IMG/VR virus record: IMGVR_UViG_3300045988_061841
Location: 1 to 30,854 of that record
Length of the DNA: 30,854 nt
From: a virus
Direction: 5' to 3' (one strand)
The translations under genes were made by a program, and so were the position numbers. Below, piece after piece: positions 25,656 through 30,854 of this stretch. The notes beneath the pieces were generated by a model that worked only from the letters and a program-made list of their open reading frames with translations, had not been told where the DNA came from and did no database searches. The stretch's first letter is position 1; the number at the start of each line of letters is the position of its first letter.

Positions 25656-26718
25656 TGTAGACAAGATTCATAACACAATGCTTGAGAATATCGACAATGC
25701 CTACCAGAAGACCGAAGGCTTTCCGACGTATGACTTAACACGGGGCGAAGCGTTCGCTTTGCTTGAATTATGGAAGAAATGCGAGGAAATCGAACGAAAG
25801 CAAGACGTTAATAACCTCACAGGCGAGGAATTAAGCCGTATCGCATTTCAGAGAAAGGGAACACAGCGACGCAAAGCGACGAAAGCTATCGGCAGTATTC
25901 GGATTGTCGATGGAAGCGGCACGGTACATCAAGGCGACTTGTTCGAGTCTGAAAGCGGAATACAGTATGAATCACTTGAATCTAAAGACGTGGCCAAGGG
26001 TGATACGGTGCGTATTCAATGTATGCAGACGGGAGCGGTTGGCAATGTGCCTAAGGGGACAATTACGCAAATGCCGATTACGATACCCGGTATTAACTCA
26101 ATCATTAACGATGAGCCGACAATTAACGGCGAAAATGAAGAAAGCGACAATGACTTGAGAGAACGGTATTACGAAGAACTTAGAGAACCCGCGACAAGCG
26201 GCAACGACTATCACTACAAGAGGTGGGCGAAAGAGGTCGAAGGAGTCGGCGAAGCGAATGTAATAGGCTTGTGGAACGGGAACAATACCGTAAAAGTGGT
26301 CATAATTAACTCCGACAGACAGCCTGCGGACTCGACTCTTGTGAAGAGGGTACAGGAATATATCGACCCTGACAGCAAGGGAATCGGAGCAGGACAAGCA
26401 CCCGTCGGAGCGTATTGTACGGTGGTGAGTGCTGCGGCTGTTCCGATTAATATCACAGTCACAGGCGTATCACACACACCAACCGCTACTAAGTCATCAA
26501 TTACGGCAGCCATAACCGCTTCAATTACGGAGTATCTCAAGGCGATCGCCTTCAAGCAACCGTATGTATCCGTTGCACAGATTAGTAATATTGTTCTAGG
26601 GGTTCAGGGCGTAACGGATTATGAAGCGGTCACGGTGAATGGACAAGCGACGAAGATACCGCTTACTGTTGAAAAGGTCGCAACCCTCGGCACGGTTGAG
26701 GTGACACTCAATGACTAG
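25639..26718 (+). CDS. baseplate J-like protein (XkdT-like)
   Basis: 359 aa; the size and position fit the gpJ family. Confidence 0.7.
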   Translation: MNSEYSVDKIHNTMLENIDNAYQKTEGFPTYDLTRGEAFALLELWKKCEEIERKQDVNNLTGEELSRIAFQRKGTQRRKATKAIGSIRIVDGSGTVHQGDLFESESGIQYESLESKDVAKGDTVRIQCMQTGAVGNVPKGTITQMPITIPGINSIINDEPTINGENEESDNDLRERYYEELREPATSGNDYHYKRWAKEVEGVGEANVIGLWNGNNTVKVVIINSDRQPADSTLVKRVQEYIDPDSKGIGAGQAPVGAYCTVVSAAAVPINITVTGVSHTPTATKSSITAAITASITEYLKAIAFKQPYVSVAQISNIVLGVQGVTDYEAVTVNGQATKIPLTVEKVATLGTVEVTLND

Positions 26719-27325
26719 AACGGATTTCAAAGAGTACGCACTAAAAGCGATAAACAAAATATACCGTAATGACCCATGGGTTAGAGAACTGTACCAAGCG
26801 GCGGGATTGCAATTACAAGACATTGACGGGGTACTCGATGAACTGCTCGATAATGGCTTTTTCGACGCGGTCGGAGCTAGAGGGCTAAGAGTGTATGAAA
26901 AAGATTTAGGCATAAGTCCTAAAGGCTCGGTAGACCAGCGACGGCAGATTGTGCAAATGTTATGGAATAACAGCGGCAAATGTACGCTTGAGAAGATAAA
27001 AGCGATAGTAAAAACCTTCGTTCTCGACGATGTGGAAGTAAAGTTTGAAGATGGTTTGTTAAAGCTAGAGTTCAGTAACTCGTCGTTCGTGTACGCTGTC
27101 AATCAGATACGGCAGAACCTCGCCATTGTGAAACCGTCACATATCGGCATATCAATCGCAGACGTTCACGACGTAAAAGGCGGTATCTCGGCGGCGGTAT
27201 GGGTAAGCCGTAGAAATACGACGATTATAGAACCGTCGGTAGGTGTGAACGCTGACATGGATACGGCAGACTTATACGGCGGTGTATGGGTTAAAGTCGG
27301 CCACGTAGTTAATAGTGTGGGTTAG
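26711..27325 (+). CDS. tail protein XkdU/DUF2313-like (gpI-like)
   Basis: 204 aa; …LRVYEKDLGI… motif. Confidence 0.5.
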   Translation: MTRTDFKEYALKAINKIYRNDPWVRELYQAAGLQLQDIDGVLDELLDNGFFDAVGARGLRVYEKDLGISPKGSVDQRRQIVQMLWNNSGKCTLEKIKAIVKTFVLDDVEVKFEDGLLKLEFSNSSFVYAVNQIRQNLAIVKPSHIGISIADVHDVKGGISAAVWVSRRNTTIIEPSVGVNADMDTADLYGGVWVKVGHVVNSVG

Positions 27326-27338
27326 GAAGGAGCAATAT

Positions 27339-28289
27339 ATGGCAAGTCAATATCCGCGTAATATAATCACAGCTAAAGGGTATAACCTTCTGGCAGAGTC
27401 AATCGCGACAAAAAAAGCAGTGGTGTTTACTAAGGTTGTAGTCGGCAACGGTGACGACAGCGGCAAGAACATCAGTCAAATGACTAACGTTATCAGTCCG
27501 AAGATGACATTGCCCGTAAGCTCGGCGGTAAAAGATGGAGACGGGCAGTACATGATAACGGCGACACTATCCAACAGCACCGTAGAAGAAGGTTTTTTCC
27601 CTAAAGAAGTAGCCTTGTTCGCCAAGATTGACGGCGGCGAAGAGGTCATGTATTCATACACGAACGGGGGTAATCAAGTAGGGTACATACCTGACAAGAA
27701 TACGCCCATTGACAGCGAAATTTACAAGATACGAACCAAAATCGGCAACGCGAGCAATATTACCTTCGTTCATCAGGACGGTACATACATTACTCAGGCT
27801 GATTTAAAGGCACACGACGTGGCGGCAGACGCACACGAAAGCCGCTTCCAAGCCGTCATCACACAGCTTAACAATATGATTACGAACGTAGACCGGTCCG
27901 ACACACAAGCCAAGGCACCGACTTTACAACTCGTAAAGACCTTGCTTGCGGGGCTGAAGATTAAGGACGGCAAAGATGTTGTAAAGGCGTTAGGAACGGA
28001 AACACTTTCAACGCTCGGCGTTCGGTACAGCTTCACGAATCCTAACGCATGGTACATTTGCTTCGGTCAGTTGTTCGGCAATGTCGTTATTCAGGGCAAT
28101 CAGAAGTATTACGGCTCGGACGGATGGGCATTGCCTGTAGCAGTGTCGCAAATTCTCACCATGCAAGCGACTGATACAGGCGTCGGAAGTTACTCATACG
28201 GAACGGAAGCAATCGGCGGCACACGCGTCAAAGTACATGGCACGAACGCGAATCGGCAAGCACAATTGTTAGTCGTGGGCATTGTCTAG
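27339..28289 (+). CDS. tail fiber protein
   Basis: ATG 27339 follows SD gaaggag; the track ORF starts at GTG 27315. The N-terminus (MASQYPRNIITAKGYNLLAES...VFTKVVVGNG) resembles a conserved phage fiber N-domain. Confidence 0.6.
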   Translation: MASQYPRNIITAKGYNLLAESIATKKAVVFTKVVVGNGDDSGKNISQMTNVISPKMTLPVSSAVKDGDGQYMITATLSNSTVEEGFFPKEVALFAKIDGGEEVMYSYTNGGNQVGYIPDKNTPIDSEIYKIRTKIGNASNITFVHQDGTYITQADLKAHDVAADAHESRFQAVITQLNNMITNVDRSDTQAKAPTLQLVKTLLAGLKIKDGKDVVKALGTETLSTLGVRYSFTNPNAWYICFGQLFGNVVIQGNQKYYGSDGWALPVAVSQILTMQATDTGVGSYSYGTEAIGGTRVKVHGTNANRQAQLLVVGIV

Positions 28290-28302
28290 GAAGGAGACCA
28301 TC

Positions 28303-28686
28303 ATGGAATATGTATTTATAGTAAAGCCGACAGGTGAACGCATTACGTCGTATGTAGTGGGGATTCACGGCTCGACTGTTGAGGAATTAAAGAAAAAAGC
28401 CGCAACGGAATATCCTGAAGCAAACATGTACCAAGGCGGCGACGACATGCAGAATGAATTTACATCTGGTAAGTGGTATGACGGCGATCGCTTTTTCATT
28501 CCGGACGAATCTCGGAACAAGAGCGACGAAATAGCAGCCATCAAAGCAGAGTATGAACCGCGTTTTCAACGATTAAAAGACGCAATTCTTCAACGTGCTT
28601 TAATTGGTGCGGCTTATACGGATATTCAAGCACAGTATAAGAAGTTAACCGCGGAAATGGCAATCGCAATCAAGGGGGTAAAATAA
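28303..28686 (+). CDS. hypothetical tail-fiber-associated protein (XkdW-position)
   Basis: ATG 28303 follows SD gaaggag. Confidence 0.5.
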   Translation: MEYVFIVKPTGERITSYVVGIHGSTVEELKKKAATEYPEANMYQGGDDMQNEFTSGKWYDGDRFFIPDESRNKSDEIAAIKAEYEPRFQRLKDAILQRALIGAAYTDIQAQYKKLTAEMAIAIKGVK

Positions 28687-28853
28687 TGGACGAATTAAAC
28701 AAGGCATCAGTCGACTATTCGAACGTTCCCGTTAAGTACTATTGTGAATATTGCGGCTTGGAACTCTTAGACAACGGTCGTTGCCCTACAGAAGACTGTA
28801 TCCACAACTTAATTCTTGACGTGTTAGGCGATAAAACCGCAGAAAGCGAAGGC
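28686..28853 (+). CDS. small Cys-rich protein (55 aa), not in the ORF track
   Basis: The ATG overlaps the upstream TAA, and SD aaggggg precedes it. The product is MDELNKASVDYSNVPVKYYCEYCGLELLDNGRCPTEDCIHNLILDVLGDKTAESEG. Confidence 0.4.
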
Positions 28854-28858
28854 TAGGC

Positions 28859-29179
28859 ATGTGGACATGGAGTTTTACGCTTGAGAGCGTCGGTACTGTT
28901 GTCGGAATTGTCAGCAGCATATGCGGAGCAATATATTATTTCGGTATATCGCCGATGTTGGAGAATATCAAAAAAGACCGCGAAAACGACATAAAATTCA
29001 TCACGACTAAGTACGATACTCTAATCGAGACACTGAAGGAATTAAAAGAAGAAATTCGATTATCTCGGCAAGACCGAATCCAACAGGCACAGCGTCATCT
29101 TCAGCTTGTCGGACGGGTTGACGTATTGGAGTCTAGAATCAACGACTTGCGGAACGAGTTACACGGAGAGAAGCGATGA
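28859..29179 (+). CDS. membrane-anchored coiled-coil protein (XhlA-like holin-associated)
   Basis: N-terminal TM (VGTVVGIVSSICGAIYYFGI) followed by a coiled coil. Sits immediately upstream of the holin. Confidence 0.5.
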   Translation: MWTWSFTLESVGTVVGIVSSICGAIYYFGISPMLENIKKDRENDIKFITTKYDTLIETLKELKEEIRLSRQDRIQQAQRHLQLVGRVDVLESRINDLRNELHGEKR

Positions 29180-29541
29180 AGGAACAAGTTATTAACTCAC
29201 TCAAGAAGGCGTTCCAGTCGGCGAGAGTAGCCGGGATTCATCCGACTGGGGTCATTGCAACGAGGGGACTAGTATTGATTATGCTAGTCCCTATCTTATT
29301 GGTTGTCGTGACGTACATTCTGACCTTCGTCAGTGGCTATGTTGACGACGACAGGGGACGGCTTATAAGCGTCGGCATTAATATTATCGACCATATCTTC
29401 ATACCGTCTGTACTGACTGCACTGGTCGGATTCTTGGCGTTGTGGGTCGATAAAGACGGAAACGGAATCCCGGACCGATTGGAAGAACCACAGCGGCAAC
29501 AGTTGCCGAACACAAGCGAAAGAGGGGAAGGACGAAAATGA
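29176..29541 (+). CDS. holin (two TM domains)
   Basis: Two hydrophobic helices, then a charged C-terminus. ATGA overlap with the upstream gene. Confidence 0.6.
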   Translation: MKEQVINSLKKAFQSARVAGIHPTGVIATRGLVLIMLVPILLVVVTYILTFVSGYVDDDRGRLISVGINIIDHIFIPSVLTALVGFLALWVDKDGNGIPDRLEEPQRQQLPNTSERGEGRK

Positions 29542-30137
29542 AATACGGTATAGATGTATCCACTTGGCAAGAGGGTTTAGACTTCGAACGGGCTAAGATA
29601 CTCGGTTATGACTTCTGCATCTGCCGTATCGGATATACGGGGAACAGCCACAATATCGATGATTTATTCATACATAATATTAACGAAGCCAAAGCGAACG
29701 GCATGGAGCTCGGTGTATATTACTACTCCAAGGCAACTACTATCGAAGAAGCCGAAGCAGAAGCGGAATGGCTGTTATCGACTATGGATACGTATCTCGA
29801 CGGGGTAGACTTGTCGGCGGGTATTTGGCTTGATGTTGAAACCGAAGCACAGCGGAGCCTTGGTGCTGGCGAATTGACTTCCGTCGTTATGGCGTGGGTG
29901 AATCGCATGAACGCCGCAGGTAAGTACGTCGGATTGTATGGAAGCTATGATATGTTCATGAACGGTATGAACATTGACAGCCTTCCGAATTATGTGCCGT
30001 TGTGGGTCGCACAGTATTCTAGCCGAAACGACTTGCAACTCGACAAACCGAATTCGAACATAAAGATATGGCAATATTCTGAATCCGGTAACGTCGATGG
30101 CGTGAACGTCGATGAAAATGTCATGTACGAGCAATAA
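29538..30137 (+). CDS. endolysin, GH25 muramidase (catalytic domain only)
   Basis: MKYGIDVSTWQEGLDFERAKILGYDFCICRIGYTGN...ANGMELGVYYYS carries GH25 hallmarks. ATGA overlap with the holin stop. Confidence 0.85.
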   Translation: MKYGIDVSTWQEGLDFERAKILGYDFCICRIGYTGNSHNIDDLFIHNINEAKANGMELGVYYYSKATTIEEAEAEAEWLLSTMDTYLDGVDLSAGIWLDVETEAQRSLGAGELTSVVMAWVNRMNAAGKYVGLYGSYDMFMNGMNIDSLPNYVPLWVAQYSSRNDLQLDKPNSNIKIWQYSESGNVDGVNVDENVMYEQ

Positions 30138-30148
30138 AAGGCGGTGAA

Positions 30149-30742
30149 TTGATGTATTTCCAACCTTTCAATGACGAAAAAACAGGCAAATGGCTGAAAC
30201 TAGCCTTATTTTGCGTTCTGACTGGGCTTTGTCTGTTCGGCATATACTTTGCCGTACACCACGTAAAACAGCCGTCAGACGAGCCTACACGAATGCGTTT
30301 TTCGGATACAGCGGACAAAAATTCGGTAAAAAAAGATTTACACGTTTCCGACCGTGAAGCGAGCGAAATTGTAACGAAAATCGAACGGATTCACGACGGA
30401 ACGACAAGACCGAACGTGTCATATTATGTAACCGCACCGAATTTGACTACAGCAGCCGACAAGACGGAACAGGCTATACGGAAGAACGATAGTCAGATCC
30501 CAAAAGCCGCACGAGCGAAGTCGGATAGAACGGTCGTCACAGTTGACGAAGAAAAACAGAAAGTTGACGTTTATAAAATCAACTTGCGTAACAACCATAA
30601 AATCAAAGCCGGGGGAACGTACATCGACGGTAAGCCGTACTTGTCAATCGGCTATCAGGCAGGACGTATTGAAGGAATTATACACACCGACGGCACGGGC
30701 GTTCGTGGCGGTACGGTCGTGTACACAATTAAAGAATGGTAA
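30149..30742 (+). CDS. membrane-anchored hypothetical protein (moron at genome end)
   Basis: N-terminal TM LKLALFCVLTGLCLFGIYFAV; the remainder is predicted extracytoplasmic. It is followed by a strong terminator. Confidence 0.55.
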   Translation: MMYFQPFNDEKTGKWLKLALFCVLTGLCLFGIYFAVHHVKQPSDEPTRMRFSDTADKNSVKKDLHVSDREASEIVTKIERIHDGTTRPNVSYYVTAPNLTTAADKTEQAIRKNDSQIPKAARAKSDRTVVTVDEEKQKVDVYKINLRNNHKIKAGGTYIDGKPYLSIGYQAGRIEGIIHTDGTGVRGGTVVYTIKEW

Positions 30743-30750
30743 TACAAAAA

Positions 30751-30784
30751 GGCCTCCGAATAATCGGGGGCCTTATTTTATTTG
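30751..30784 (+). terminator. rho-independent terminator ending the rightward late operon
   Basis: ggcctccg-aataat-cgggggcc (8 bp, one G·U pair) followed by ttattttatttg. Confidence 0.75.
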
Positions 30785-30799
30785 CAGTAGATTAACTAA

Positions 30800-30854
30800 C
30801 CTGACGGATAATTCTATTACTTCAAATTATGAAATGAATGTAATTCTCGGTCTA
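30800..30854. repeat. second copy of the 55-nt terminal direct repeat
   Basis: Exact identity to positions 1-55. Confidence 0.9.

Noticed and set aside
26596-27102. 168-aa minus-strand ORF and other minus-strand ORFs inside the structural operon (e.g. 21323-21982, 15828-16238)
   Set aside because: All are antisense overlaps of strongly supported plus-strand structural genes, with no RBS or motif. Treated as noise.
1-30854. tRNA genes, CRISPR arrays, reverse transcriptase/DGR, or large standalone defence enzymes
   Set aside because: I scanned for cloverleaf-like GC-rich 70-90-nt blocks, regularly spaced repeats and large unexplained ORFs and found none. Every ORF above 200 aa is accounted for by a phage core function.

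Overview
The window reads as a complete temperate phage genome of about 30.8 kb, probably from a Firmicutes host. Its first 55 nt (1-55) are identical to its last 55 nt (30800-30854). This most likely marks a circularly closed contig assembled with a k-mer-length overlap rather than attL/attR. Nearly all credible genes are on the + strand, except a leftward lysogeny pair. Gene order in the circular map: large serine integrase (-), CI-like HTH/S24 repressor (-), a divergent promoter region with three 13-bp operators, Cro-like HTH, and a Bro-N/KilAC antirepressor. Then come a recombination module (Gp157-like, Rad52/Sak-like annealing protein, NinB-like), a two-ORF HNH homing-endonuclease-like cassette, a replisome organizer with internal iteron repeats, a G39P-like helicase loader, and a cluster of small A+T-rich accessory genes. 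SSB, a DUF1064-like protein and an ArpU/DUF1492-like late activator follow. The packaging and head module is HK97-like: HNH, P27-type TerS, TerL, portal, prohead protease, major capsid, connector and neck proteins. The tail is PBSX-like and contractile: sheath, tube, an XkdN-like chaperone with an A_AAA_AAG -1 frameshift site, tape measure, baseplate and fiber. The genome ends with a lysis cassette (XhlA-like, holin, GH25 muramidase) and a membrane-anchored moron with a strong terminator. I did not recognise any tRNA, CRISPR array, reverse transcriptase or large unexplained enzyme. All homology calls come from motif recognition by eye, not from searches. The candidates for something novel are the small accessory loci and the unusual architecture at the replisome-organizer start. 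The accessory loci are the acidic low-GC three-gene cluster at 7665-8566, the 9233-9878 locus, and the post-cro small ORF. At the replisome organizer, an HNH insertion leaves the conserved YYW...FF N-terminus without a canonical start codon.
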